Notes: generated from the sequence alone by a model not told the origin. DNA of 64,000 nt from Octopus sinensis (GCF_006345805.1 NC_043000.1:99696001-99760000); one strand, 5' to 3'; shown: positions 37,071-51,419, counted from the stretch's first letter. Numbers and translations are program-made.

Positions 37071-40000
37071 AAACATACATACATATATATGTATATATAT
37101 GCATATATATATATATATACACGCACACTCACACACACATATATATATATTGCTTTAGGAAAAAAATGTTTAAATGCTCAACACAACTTAATGTTAGAAC
37201 TGTGTAGATTAGTGGGTGGTTCAGTCTTTTTAAGTTTTCTGATGCACTGGAGATCAAAGAAAATGTTATTGGCCCACTTCACATGAAAAGTTAAGAAATC
37301 TTAAGCTTTTAAAGTTCAAAATATTTTGAAAAGAAATGTAGAAAGCTGTTACCTCATTTTATATGCCATACTTATGTAAAGGCACTCAACTATTTGTATA
37401 GATTTTCTAAAGATTTTAATTATATTTTTTTAAAATCTGCAGCGCATCGAGACACTTTTTGTTTTGCACTTTTAAAAAAACCACCCGAGTAGAATCTTAG
37501 AAATATATACATATATCTATCTATATGTATCTCTGTTAATTTGTGTGAAATAAACATTCAACACAATTTGCACTACACAGTTTTGCTTGATCTACAAAAG
37601 GAGCGATTATAAAACTGTGTTTTAATGTATATAATCGTTATTTATATGCAAGAAATTAACATGCATACAGAGGATTATGCATGCATACACATGTTGATTT
37701 CTATAGGATATATTTCAAACCATGGTTTTGCAGTTTGTCTTTTGCTCAACCATCCGTACATGTAGATACATACATAGGTATATAAATGTATGTATAAGTA
37801 TGTATATATGTGTATGTATGGTCCATAACTTCAATTTGGATTTTTATTTGCATTCATAGAAATCCTGGTTGGTAACCATGAACTATAAAAAAACTTTTTT
37901 TAGCTTATCGGACTTCAATATGGGAAAAACCTACAACCTTCTATGCCAATAAACTATTATTGTTCCGAAAAGTTGTTTTTTATACCTACCATGGACTACC
38001 CGAAGCTCATTAACTTCCAGCATCTAGATCCTGGGATCTTACAATTACATATGTGCATGTATATATAAATATAAAAATGTATACATATGTATATAAATTT
38101 ATATATATATATATGTATGTAATGTATGTGTGTGTATATATATATGTATATATATCACTGTATTGACATTACTGTCAGATGTGGTTATACTCTGCTGGTT
38201 GCAATGTGCGTGCTTCCTTGCATAGTTGTAGCCTTCAAATGATGCCACCCCATTTGCTAGGCAGGCGGAGCAACATTGCCCCTGAATAGAATGCCAGCCC
38301 GTCACAGGTTTACTCATTTATAATAATATATATATCTATGTGTAAATACATATATGAATATGTACATGTGTGCATATATCTGCATGTATGTAAATATATG
38401 TATATGAAAATATATACACATGAATATATATGTCTATGTACATGTAACCAAAGGATACACACACACACACACTCATATATATAATACAAATGCTAATCAT
38501 TGGATACACTATCTTTAATAACTATTCTACTCTACGTTCAAGCATATTGAGTCCATTTTTTTGTGTAAGCAGTCACCAGTATCACCTGAATAAGGTTACC
38601 TCATCATGTATATGATGTATTGCGATATGTATGTATGTGCGTATGGATATATCTCTGTATTATTTATTTGTGTGTGTAATTAAGAGCATACTGGAAGGCA
38701 TGACACAGTAACTGTAAATTTGGGCTCAATAATCAGCTCCATTTGACACTCCTATATTTAACGCAGTAAGAAACCAACAACCTTAATGCGGGACAGGCTA
38801 GCATGCGGAGTTCGAACCATGTTGTATACTAATAAGAAATGCAAAAAATATATCCGTATATCCGTATATATATATATATATATATATATTAAAACACCTA
38901 TATTAATATCTAATTTAATTGACATTAAATATTTTAATGTTTCTCTCATTTTCTCTCTCTCTCTCCATCTTTGCATATATTTCTGCTCATGCATGTGTGT
39001 GTGTACCTCAAGTGACTAAACAAACTCTAAGCAAAACCGGTTGAATGCCCAGTCTGCCATGACAAATCATCAGCATCCAAGCAGCTGTGCCCATTTCTCT
39101 CATTCCACATCTTGCACATACTCCATAAATTCAGTCCGTAAGTGGAACAGTAAAAATCTGCAAAACTTTCCTGAAGTTCAGCATGTAACTTTTTTTTACT
39201 GTTTTTGTCTTGATTCTTTGTGCATTTGTTAGAAATGAGCCTTTAGTTTATAAGATACTTATCAAATAATTAAATAAAGGGCATGTTTATATTCATGCCT
39301 ATTTACATAGATGCATAATAAATATGCATGCCAACACATATTGGTTTCTCCTGAAACAGGTGACACCCATCACCAGCAATATTTCTCCTCTCCTGGTGGT
39401 GCAAAAACTGAAAATAATCTTAGTTTGTACCTCCAGAATTCAAATTACTATTGCAGGAAAGTGATTACTGGAAAGTAATTAAAAGATGCTATATCCAGGA
39501 ACGTCTTATAACCTTTAGCATTCAGCCTACTTTGTCAAATGTAATGCATATTGATTCACATCATTTTGAATTAATCGTGCATTATCTCCTAGTGTCAAGA
39601 TTTCAATGATGAATTGTTGAGTTTTAGATTGACATTACAGAGTAGATGTGAGAAGCTAGATCAGGCAGGTTTGATTATAAAACTGGTAGAATATTTGGGA
39701 TGGATATGGTCTGTTCAAATGCTGTAGAGATAATGGAATCTAGTGATCCACTATTCAATGATAGAATAATTTTATTTCTAATTATGATTTATAACATTAG
39801 CACAATGCTATAATTTATAGACAAGACATGCTGTTGATTTAGCTGTTCATCTCACTTATTGACTGGCACCTGATATTGTTGTGTCTGGGAAGGTTTAAAA
39901 GCAAAGTTGACCCTGACATAAGGAAATATTGCAGAAACATGCAATCTGGTGTTCTACTAAATTTGGCATCCATTATGGTAATGATTTCTAGTATACAATA

Positions 40001-41077
40001 GGGGGCCATCCACTGGCTATGAGCTCATACATTTTAGGAGAAGATATTACTGATTAAATCAAACTGAATATTTGGGTAATATAAATTTTTATCACTCTCA
40101 AGAGATAGAAAAGCAAATACAATCTTAGTAACATTTTAACTCAGAACATAAAAGAACTTAACTAAATATCTCAGGACATTTCACCAATTCTGCTATTTAT
40201 CTCTCAAAATAAACACAAGACCTTGGAAAGATGGGTACAGTTGATTCCTGTGCTCAACTTTGACATATTTTAGTAATTTTTGCCTTGGAATGCTCAATGG
40301 CAAAGTCAACCTCATCAGGATATAACTTCAGAATAAATCAAATTTTCCAGTAAATTCTGTTTATTGTACCTAAGTTTTTTTTTGGCTCTAAGGTTTATTA
40401 TTTGTCTACAAGTGAATCTTGTAGTAACATTAGCATTAAGATCTCTAATCTCTCCTGATCTAAAGAAATTTTTGATAAGGCAGCCCCCTGCTATAATACC
40501 TCCCTGGTTGACAGTGGCTTTGAACAGGAAATATCATACACTAGATCTAGGCCACACATCAATGGGTCAAAAAAGTGCTGACTCTGTATAGCTGAAAGAA
40601 CACATCCATGTTAGATCAAAGAACTGCACTAACCTTCTCAACTTGATGTCAGAAAATATTACAAGATGTATGCATTTCAACAAATTAGAGTTATCAAACT
40701 GGAAGATTCCCCCCTCCACTAACAGATTAGAAACAGTCTAATGCACTTCAACATTTCTCCCATTCGACTATTCTCACTATGTATAGTTATTTTTTAGATG
40801 ACAATACTTAATTAAAATACACTAAGCACTCAACATTAATGATATTGTATGCATGAATGTCCTTCCCGTCACCAATTGTCTACTTGTTTCCAAGCATGGT
40901 TATACTTCCACATCACTGGACATATTTTCAAAGAAAATTTGTAACCCATGATGCAATTTGCATTGGCTGTTAATCTACAACTATTTCAACATATGTACGT
41001 GTACAGACACACATAAGTGCTCCTGCATGGCCACAATGAAATAGTTGAAACAAGTAAATGCATACATACATATATAC

Positions 41078-41130
<53 letters not shown>

Positions 41131-41276
41131 TACATACATATATATATATGCATACATACATATATATATATATATACATATACATACATACACACACATA
41201 TATATATATGCATACATATATATTTATATATATATGTATGTATATATACACACACACACACATATAAATACATACG

Positions 41277-41312
<36 letters not shown>

Positions 41313-41431
41313 ATAAATAAATAAGGATAAGATCGATATTTAAATACCGACCTTATCAGGTGGCCAGTGTGGGAATAAAAACCTTTTAAAGGTATCTCTT
41401 AGATCCCCTAAATTATAATTTTATATATATA

Positions 41432-41830
41432 TAGTGAAAACATGTGGCTAAGTGGTTAGGGTATTTGGTATATGATTATAAGGTCATGAGTTCAATACTT
41501 GGTGATGTGTTGTGGCCTTGAGGAAGATACTTTATTTCACGTTTCTCCAGTTCTCTCAGCTGGCAAAAATGAATTGTACTGTGCTTCAAAGGGCCACCCT
41601 TGTCATATTCTGTGTCATGCTGAATCTCCTTGAGAATTACGTCTCGGTAGAACCGGATATATTTTTCAGCGGTGGTGCCCCAGCATGGCCGCGGCCTTCG
41701 GGCTAAAACATTTTTAAGGATTTAAGGGTACACATGCCTGTGTCTATTCAGCCATATGTTTGCACGTTAATTTCATGAGCAGGCTGTTCTGTTGATCGGA
41801 TCAACTGGAACCCTTGTTGTCGTAACTGAC
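41432..41830 (+). mobile_element. tRNA-derived SINE (C-like head, D-like 3' part) carrying an 80-bp insert
   Basis: TGGCTAAGTGGTTAGGG head; 3' part matches 29390-29530; insert at 41643-41722. Confidence 0.75.
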
Positions 41831-42099
41831 GAAGTGTCAGTTTATATATATATATAGTTGAAATTTACAGAAAAGACAAAGACAGGTTTATGAAAAACAA
41901 GCAGTTGTATTAGTTTAACGCTCAGGAAGATAAAAAAGTCTTTTACATTTCGAGCCTATGCTTTTCAACAGAAAGGAATAAGAGAAAATAAACAGAGATG
42001 CAATGAAAAAAACTTATAGATTTAGTAGTGAAGCATGGCGAATGAATATATATATATATATAATCAACATCATCATCATGAATGTATATATATAATTTC

Positions 42100-42812
42100 T
42101 ATCTTTTACTTGTTTCAGTCATTAGACTGCAGACACCTTGAAGAATTTATAGTCAAATGTATCGATCCTAGTACTTTTGGTTATATTTTTAAAGCCTGGT
42201 ACTTATTCTATTGATGTCTTTTGCTGAACTGTTAAGTTATGGGGATATAATCACACCAACACTGTTTGTCAAACAGTGGAGGATGGGGAACAAACAGACA
42301 TACATCGTAGGAGTGGGAAGAAGCTTGCTTCCCAACCACATGGTTCTGGGCAAGTGTCTTCTACTATAACCTTGGTTTAACCAACGTCTTGTGGGTGGAT
42401 TTGGTTGACAGAAACTGAAAGAAGCCCATATATTGTTTGTCCTCCCACACCATCGCTTGACAACGGATGTTGGTGTGTTTACATTCTTGTAACTTAGCAG
42501 TTCGTCAAAAGAGACTGATAGAAGAAGTACTAGGTTTACAAAGAGCTAGTCCCAAAGTTGATTTGTTCAACTAAAGGCAGTGTTCCAGCATAGCCACGGT
42601 CAAATGGCTGAAACTAGTAACAGATGTAAAGAAAAAAATTAAAAGAAATATATATGAGATGGTCTTCTTTCTGTTTTCATCCACCAAATTCATTCATACG
42701 GCTTTGGTTGGCCTGACACTATACTAGAAGACACTTGCCCAAGGTGCATTGCAGTGAGACTTAATCTGGAACCATGTAGTTGGGAAACAAACTACTTACC
42801 ACACAGCCATGT
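42100..42812. mobile_element. Cluster of three family A SINE pieces (42100-42300 minus, 42308-42645 plus, 42665-42812 minus)
   Basis: Family A head and tail motifs in alternating orientation. Confidence 0.75.
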
Positions 42813-42943
42813 CCAAGCTTATATATATATAGTTGTAAAATGAAGTCCGGCCAAATAAAAATATTTTGAAATCATTTAATATGTATATTTCAGGTTTGCG
42901 TAATATATAATAGGAAATGCATCTATTATATATATATATATAT

Positions 42944-43225
42944 CATCGTCACCAGCATCATTGTTTAACGTCCGTTTTCCATGCTAGCATGGGTTGGATG
43001 GTTCGACCGGAGTCTGGGAAGCCAGGAGGCTGCACCAGGCTCCAGTCTGATCTGGCAGTTTTTCTACAACTGGATGCCCTTCCTAACGCCAAACACTCCG
43101 TAAGTGTAGTGGGTGCTTCTTTCGTCCCACTGGCACAGGTGCCAAGAGAGGCTAGCAACGGCCATGATCATTTGGTGCTTTTTACGTGCCACTGGCATGG
43201 AAGCCAGTCAAAGCGGATGGTGATG
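42944..43225 (-). mobile_element. Family E RTE-associated tail
   Basis: Matches 4262-4522. Confidence 0.8.
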
Positions 43226-43847
43226 TCTATATATACATATACGTACACACATATCTATATCTATACATACATATATCTCATAGCAACAAGGGGTCCTTGT
43301 TTCATGGCTGTGAATTGTGGCCTTTGACATAAATTTTCAACTATGAATACTTTTTATTTTCTCCTTTGTTTATTATACAATGAAATTTGCTGTAATTTTG
43401 TGATCAAAAACAAATTGAATTGGAGAAATGTATCATTAAAAACCACAAGGCATTCTGCTCATCATTCTACTGATATACCTAAATGACTTTCCTCTACCAC
43501 CCTAATAATAAAAAGGTTTTCTGCTATTGGCAAATGACCACATATTTCGGGGAAAGAAGTTGATTTGATTTAATGAAGACCACAATTTGATTGGTATCTG
43601 TTTATTTGATTGGACATTGAAGGGATGTAAAGTTGATTGTTTGAATGCTGGAGGGGTCTGAACTGAGAATGTAAAGTAATGCATGAAAATAACACGTGAA
43701 ATTTAATTTGTTGCTTTACTGATTCTCCTACCCATTGCGATATTCACACTATATTTACACAGTCTGTGTGTGCATATCTATATCTATACACACACACACA
43801 CACATACATGTATGTATAAATACATACACATAAACTTAACTATGTAT

Positions 43848-43889
<42 letters not shown>

Positions 43890-44024
43890 GCTTGTGTTTG
43901 TATATATATTAGTGGATGTGTATATACACACACACATACATGCATATGTGTATGTATGTTTGTGTGTATGAATGTATGTATGCATGCATGAATGCATATC
44001 TATATAGATATAGATATATATATA

Positions 44025-45296
44025 TTGGGTCATCCCATAAATAATGATATTTTTCTATACTTCTTTTATTTTTCAAAATTAAGATAAACAAAGTTCCTTT
44101 TTAATCTAAATTATACTCTCCTTCATTTTCTACAATGCTTTTCCATCCATCTGGTAGACTGACAAGGTTCTTCTTCCAAAATTCACTTGTCCATGATGAA
44201 AAATACTCCTCCAGGACTGTTCTGATTTCATCTACAGAATTCATATCTTTTCCATCCAAATGATTTTGAAGATTGCAGAATAAATGATAATCTGATGGGG
44301 CAATGTCTGGCGAATATGGTGGATGGGGCATTGTTTCCCATTCAAACTGCTTCAGCCTTTGGAATTTCATCCTCACTGTATGTGGCTGAGCATTATTCTG
44401 ATGGAAGAACACTTTCTGACTCGAAATCAAAGATGGTTGTTTTCCTTCTCATGCTGACTTGAACTGTTCACAGTAGATCTCCTTTGCTATCATTTGGTTT
44501 GGGTTTAAAAGTTCAAAGTGGACTAAACCTTTCATATTCCACTAAACAGATAACAACACCTTATGTGGGCAAAGACCTTCTTTAGACTGAGGTGCTGGTG
44601 TTTCTCCTTTCCTTTCCAACTCTCTTCAGCACTTGATATTATAATAGGGAATCCATTTCTCATCACCAGTCACTATTCACTCCAAAAAAGGTTCATTCGT
44701 GAGGTGTGACAGCAAAGAAGAGCACACATTCAGTCTCTGTGTGCGATTAGACATAGAAAGTTTGTGAGGAACCCATTGACCTAATTTTCTGACTTTTCTG
44801 ATGGCACGCAGGTGTCGATAAATGGTTGAATGACCAGATCCAAGCTTCTCTGCTGGTTCTTCAACAGTTATGATGGGATTTTGTTCCACCGGGGTTTGCA
44901 GGATGTCCTCGTCAAGCTCTACAGATCTTCCAGGACAAGGTTCATCTTCTACGGTGTAGTTTCCAGCTTGGAATTTCTGGAATCACTGTTGACAGTGGCC
45001 TTTGCTTATTGTCCGATCCCCATATACTGCATTAATGTTTCTCACACTTTCTATTGCATTGTTGTCTTTATCGAACTCATAGAGCACAATATGTCGAATA
45101 TGCTCCTTTGTCACTTCCATTATAGCTTTGAAAAAATAACTATAAAAATTGAACTGCGCTTTTCAAAACTTGCACTGAGAATAAGATAAAATTACAACTT
45201 GCTTTTATAGCAAGTTGATGTAGGTAGTTTATCCTGTCTGCTTTCAACTTTTAGTTCATGCAATTGAAAAAACGGATTATTTATGGGATGACCCAA
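44025..45296 (-). mobile_element. Full-length mariner (DD34D) transposon, inactive
   Basis: 21-bp identical TIRs TTGGGTCATCCCATAAATAAT, TA TSDs at 44023-44024 and 45297-45298. Confidence 0.95.
44101..45120 (-). pseudogene. Mariner transposase pseudogene
   Basis: MEVTKEHIRHIVLYEF..., WVPHKL, IVTGDEKW, HQNNAQPH (catalytic D->N), YSPDIAPSDYHLF; several in-frame stops. Confidence 0.92.
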
Positions 45297-45299
45297 TAT

Positions 45300-45453
45300 A
45301 TCATCATCATCATACGTCCGTTTTCCATGCTGGCATGGACTGGATGGTTTGACTGGGGACTGGCAAGTCAGGAGGCTGCACCAGGCTCCAATCTGATCTG
45401 GCAAGGTTTCCACAGCTGGATTCCATTCCTAACGCCAGCCACTCCAAGAGTGT

Positions 45454-45455
<2 letters not shown>
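45300..45455 (-). mobile_element. Family E RTE-associated tail abutting the mariner TIR
   Basis: (CAT)n-ACGTCCGTTTTCCATGCTGGCATGG...CCTAACGCCAGCCACTCC. Confidence 0.8.
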
Positions 45456-45549
<94 letters not shown>

Positions 45550-45682
45550 CCATTCCATCTGTTCTTAATTATTAGTCTAATTAAGAAGTACTCAATACAA
45601 ATGTGTGTGTGTGTGTATGTATATATGTGTCTGTGTATGTATGTATGTATGTGTGTATGTATATGTGTGTGTGTTATGTGTG

Positions 45683-45715
<33 letters not shown>

Positions 45716-46599
45716 ATGTGTGTGTATGTATGTGTGTGTGTGTGTATGTATGTGTGTGTGTGTATGTATATGTGTGTATGTATATGTGTGTGTGTTATGT
45801 GTGTGTATGTATATGTGTGTGTGTTATGTGTATATATATATATGTGTGTGTTATATATGTATTATGTATTTGTTATATATAATATATTGTGAATGTTTTA
45901 TGCTGGCAGGGCTATATATAATACATGCATACAAATATATTTTCATGCTTATGTGAGGACATACTGCTATATGGTAGCATGTGTGTGTGTATTTGTCTTC
46001 CTGCAATGTTAGTGAAGATGCAGGTACTTTTTGCATCTTGGCAGGTCTATTCTTCAGAAGGGGTGCAATATAACTAGTGTAGTGTATGCATTTATTGGAT
46101 TTTATTTTGTGTGTGTATGTTTCTCTGCATGCTTGTGTGGTTGTGTTTTGTCTGCACTGTTGTTGCTATGATATAGTCCCAAACCATACCTTTTTGAGCA
46201 GATCTTTCTATGACCAACAGTATTTCATCTATGACCATGCAGCCCTTTACAAATGTGTCGGGGTCCCAGGGTAACATTATAAGACTGCAGGGTGTTGAGT
46301 GTAAGAGGTTTGGTTGTTATTGTTTGCAAGACAAGTTACCATGTAGATTCTTTTTATTATTGTTGCGTGGAAGATGATGTTAATTTTTGCTTACATTTTA
46401 TTTTTCTTTCCAAATGTTCTTTGATTTGATATATTCGATGCAAAGGCAGTATATTGGCTGAATCATTAAAGCATCAGTCCAGCCTTTTCTATTCAGAGTT
46501 CAAATCTTGCCAGAGTCAGCATTACCCTTTCATCTTATCCTTTTGGTTTGAAAAGTACTGGTGTTGATGTAAGTTAAACTTCGTTTGACTATATCACGC

Positions 46600-47260
46600 T
46601 AATGGGTTAATGCAATATAGTGATGCCGCCCAAATCCCCGCCTAGTCACAGGGTTTCGATGGGAGGGGAAACGATACATTGGTTGGTCTGTGCTGCCGCT
46701 TTATGACTATAATCTAACCATAATGCACCATATTACGAAAGAACACAACATCATATTATTCACTCTTTCTCTCTGTCTCTCTTTATCCCTCCTACACACC
46801 CGCAAACTGCGCTGCGTTAAAAACGATCAACAGGAAAGGAAACAAAGATTTGAAGTGTAAGAAGTTAAAAGTCATCAACCATTATCACCTGTTGGTGCCA
46901 AGAAGGGACTCTTTATGTCTGCAATTCTTAACTTGATCAGGCGGGGGATATTTTTTAGGATTTCAGAGAGGGAAATTTGGAGATTCTGGTGGTGAAATTA
47001 TTTCCGAGCTGAGAAATTCTTTATCTTTATTTACACTTTTTTGATATAGTTTTTTTCCTCAGTGTTGATCTTAAGTATGTTAAAGTTAATATAAGGCCGT
47101 TAATGTAATATAATAATTGTGTTGGGTTTTTAGATTCCTTTTTTTCTTATCACAAGTGACAGCGGTGAGCGGAAATGGGATGGTGAATTGGAATAGAAGG
47201 GAATATGGAAAAAGGGTTAAGAAATACCGCTCTCTGTACGGTTACGCAGCCTGCTAAAAA
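46600..47260. promoter_or_regulatory. Promoter-like, CpG-richer unique island
   Basis: GC-box-like CCGCCC, CCCCGCCT and GGCGGGGG, reverse CCAAT (ATTGG ~46679), CT/GA tract, candidate donors GTAAGA (~46857) and GTGAGC (47165). Confidence 0.3.
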
Positions 47261-47904
47261 TGGTTGCCAAATCTCTCTCAAATTACATCCTGTTATCTTA
47301 AAAAAATAAAAATGAAATTGGAGGAAAGGACTCATTGAATAATGTAGTTCATGGTGCACTATGCCTTGGAAATAAAATGATGGTATGGGATTCAGTTAGA
47401 ATGTTTTTTTTTTTTTTTGATCTACACAATCGGGTCTGACTCGAATCTAAACATCATCATCAGCAACTATACACCAGGTTCTGCTTAGTTAGCGCTTATA
47501 CAAGGCTCAAGAGCAACATTACTCCAGACACTGTTAAAAGATCAGAATGGGGGTCGGGGATGAGGGTTCTGCGGAAACAGGGAGACTAGCACTATTACTC
47601 CCTCAGTTCTTACTCATTGGTTAGTTTAGTTTTATTCTCATCAACCAAAATTTCCACTGCCACCACCATTTCACCATCGCAACTAGCTTCTTCTCCAAGC
47701 CTATATTGGAGCCTTTATGTGATTGCTTGCATTTTGCTAGAAACAACAGAGATATGTCCTTCAAATTACTGTCCACCACCTTAATAAAAAAGAAAAGGAC
47801 ATACTGGATATTTAAATAAATCAGAATTCTATCCACATAGGGAAAAAAAATGAGCTGGTCTGCTTGAATTGATCTTGAGCTAAACATCAAAACTGCCTCT
47901 GAGC

Positions 47905-48050
47905 TGACATAGAAGCCGGTCGAGTAGATCGACTCAGTACACAACTGGTGCTTGATTTATCGACTTCGAAAGGATGAAGTCGACCGCAGAGGAATTTGAG
48001 CTCAGCGTGGAGATGGACGAGATGCCACTGGGCATTTCACCCAGCATGCT
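47905..48050 (-). mobile_element. SINE family B, partial
   Basis: ATTTATCGACTTCGAAAGGATGAAGTCGACCGCAGAGGAATTTGAGCTCAG. Confidence 0.7.
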
Positions 48051-48229
48051 AAAGTACTTGTCTGCCCTACTAGAAATAACAGCCAAATATTATGCAAATC
48101 ACAACCTGCCTTCTTAATTAATGTAGTCCTATCACACACTAAAAACTGAAAAGAATAAAAACATATGGTCACAGTTGGAAGGCTTTTTATCAGAAGTCTG
48201 CTTGACCAGTGTTGCCCGATAATGGTGGG

Positions 48230-49480
48230 GGTGGAGTACACAACAACACTACCATCACCTTCTCACAACCACAATATTAGCACTACTACTACCACTACTA
48301 CTACTACCACTACCACTACCAAAGTAGTAACATTACCATTTGTATCATCTCCATCTAGCAAGCTGCTGCTACTACTACTAACATCTGCACTAATGAGGTT
48401 GCCTTTATGTGGTTGTTCAACTTGCTAGAAATAACTGTCAAATTAATTGCACTCTGCTGCCACAATAAAGAAAAAAAAAACACATATTGGATAATGTAGT
48501 CCAGACTACTACACAATGCATCGGAAAAAAAAATGTGGAGATGTTCATGGTAGGATTGCTTTTGATCACAGGTCTACTTAGTCTGAGCTGACCTATGGCT
48601 AAGCAACAAAACACCAGCACTACTACACTTAACATCATTGCCACAATTAGCTTTATTTATTGGCTTAGATTAGAATTCCACCACCACCACGACCACTTAC
48701 ACCTCATCCTCTATCCTTACTCTTTCTGTAACCACTGTGACCATCAGTAGCACCATTACCACAGCCATTGGTTGGATGGCCTTCGTCTCGCCTTCCCTAC
48801 CCCTGCATCAGCCATCATCACTGAAGCACCACCACCACCACCGCTGATGTCTTCATTGCTGGTTAGCTGCATTTTCAGCCTTCTCTAACTTTTCACCATC
48901 ATGGGCACCACCAGAAGTACCACTGCTACCACCACCACCACCATTATCACTGCCACTGGTTGAATGGAATCACTCATTCTGACACTCCTATTTCTCCTCT
49001 TCATTGTGACTACTACCACCACCACCACCAGCATCACTTCATCATCATCACCAATACCATTGGTTGGCTGCACTTTTACTCTCTTAACACTATCACTACT
49101 ACCATTATTATCACCACCACCATCATCATTTTTACTGGTACACTTTTTTTATGTTCCTCATTTAAATACCATCACTATCATCGCCAGCAGTATCAACATT
49201 CCCAGCGCAACCACCACTGCCATTACCATTCCTTGTCTGCACTTAACATTTAGTTTCCCAACCTTCTTGCCCCAACCATCACAGCCACCACTAACTAGTT
49301 GGCTGGGCTTATTTTTACTCTCAACAGAACCACAACCTTCCTCCTCCTCCTCCTCATCATCATCATCATCCTTATCGTCATTATCGTCATCATCATCACC
49401 ATCATCATGTGTATTCTGGCCTTATTTTCCCTCGTACTCCTTTTACACCCTCCTAACCACCTTCAAGCCGATAACCCCCC
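48230..49480. repeat. Low-complexity (CAC/CAT/CTA)n-rich region
   Basis: Multiple imperfect trinucleotide runs. Confidence 0.8.
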
Positions 49481-50224
49481 ACCCTCTATGTGGGTGGTCA
49501 TTATCCCTGTTAGAAATAGCATTTAAGCATCTTAGATAATGAATTCAGACCTTACATAATGAGGTCCTGATGAATAAAAGATGCGTTGGTCATGGTAGAA
49601 ATTTTCTTTGATCATAGGACAGCACTGCACCACTTACAGTGACCATGGGCTAAATAACAACAACAACAAGACTATATTTGCATTGAAGAAAAGCTGCAAA
49701 TGATAACGTTGTTGGTTTGCCACTGGTTGCCTTTGATCAGACAGACCATACTGTCTTTAGTCAGACATAGTGTATCTGTTACTACATTTATCCAATGATA
49801 TCTTTTTTTTCTTTCTTAATGGATGTTGTTTTGAAGAAGATTTCGGGTGTTATTCTTTGCAGATTGAACAACCAACTGAATGCGCCCTTGTTGACTCTTA
49901 GTCTTGATGGTTAAATGCTGAAATATGTGATATATAGTTTAGCTTCAAATATGGTTGTGTTTCATATAAATAATATAACAAATTGGTAAATTTCAATCAG
50001 ATGTAATTGTCCAAGTAATTAGTAGTCAAAATTACCTCTAGAGGTGCTGGTTAACTTTAAAAAAACAAAAACAACCAAGGGGGATAAATTCAATAAGATC
50101 CTGTGGTTGAAATTTTTCGGACAATATAGTCAAATAAATTGGAGCAGCTCTTATCTTTGAAGACAACTTGTGAAATCATCAGTCTTATTTCCATATTATT
50201 AGAGCCCCTCTACAAAGTTATGTT

Positions 50225-50691
50225 CTAGCTGTGTGATTAAGAAGCTTGCTTCCCAACCATGATGATCTGGGATTCAATCACACTGTGTTGCATCTTGGGC
50301 AAGTGTCTTCTAATATGGCTATAACTCTAGGCTGACCAAAGCCTTTTGAATGGATATGTCGGATGGAAACCGAAAGAATCCCATTGTATATATGTATGTG
50401 CGTTTGTGTGTATCCTTGTCTAGAAATCATGTGATGGTCATAAATGAGTGCCCTTATCTATTTATTTACTACCCACAAGGGGCTAAACACAGAGGGGATA
50501 AACAAGGACAGGCAAACTTGTTTCAGTCATACTGGAGCACCACCTTTAGTCAAACAAATCGACTCCCGGACTCCTTCTTTGTAAGCCTTGTACTTATTCT
50601 ATTGGACTCTTTTGCCACACTGCTAAGTTATGGGGATGTAAACACACCACCATTGGTTGTCAAGTGATGGTTGGGAGACAAACACACACAA

Positions 50692-50723
<32 letters not shown>

Positions 50724-50845
50724 GACAGGCTTCTTTCAATTTCCATTGGCCCAAAGCTGTAGTAGAAGATACTTGTCCAAAGTGCCATGCAGTGGGACTG
50801 AACTTGGAACCATGTGGTGGCAAGCAAGATTCTTATCACACAGCT
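50225..50845. mobile_element. Family A SINE pieces (50225-50400 plus, 50515-50845 minus) with a family B tail at ~50460-50512
   Basis: Family-diagnostic motifs. Confidence 0.7.
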
Positions 50846-51217
50846 ATGCCTACACCTATGCACACAGCTACGCCTACGCCTAAGTACACAGGTGTGCCTA
50901 CACCTATTAATCAAGAAACTCTTTAATCCTTTTGTTATCAGCCTATCCAAGATTGCTCCTGATTTTATGATGCAGGCTTTCTGTAAACAATTATCTGAAT
51001 TATAAACCTTCCATAAAAATATAAAAGCTATGTCATTATTTTCAAAATTAATTGACTTAAATATAGTAAGGACTTGTAAGGACATGGTATTTCCTTATGC
51101 AACTATAATATATTGTAAAGTATATTAAACATTTTTGTTTTTCATAAATCAACCATAATATATAAGTATATTAGACATTTTAAACTGTTAACATAATGTG
51201 TTGTAACAAAATTTTAG

Positions 51218-51381
51218 GGTGCAGAAGTGGCTGTAGCTTGCTTACCAACCAGATGGTTCCGGGTTCAGTCCCACTGCATGGCACCTTGGGCAAGTGTCTT
51301 CTACTATAGCCTCAGGCTGACCAAAGCCTTGTGAGTGGATTTTGTAGATAGAAACTGAGAGGAGCCCGTCTTGTATATATG

Positions 51382-51419
<38 letters not shown>

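Noticed and set aside
39043-39140. ECPVCHDKSS, resembling a nuclear-receptor DBD start, with a nearby GTAAGT
   Set aside because: The expected G-x-HYG and second CxxC are absent, the frame closes shortly after, and there is no good acceptor.
48885-49539. Thr/Ser/His-rich ORFs up to 191 aa
   Set aside because: They derive from imperfect CAC/CAT/TCC trinucleotide runs.
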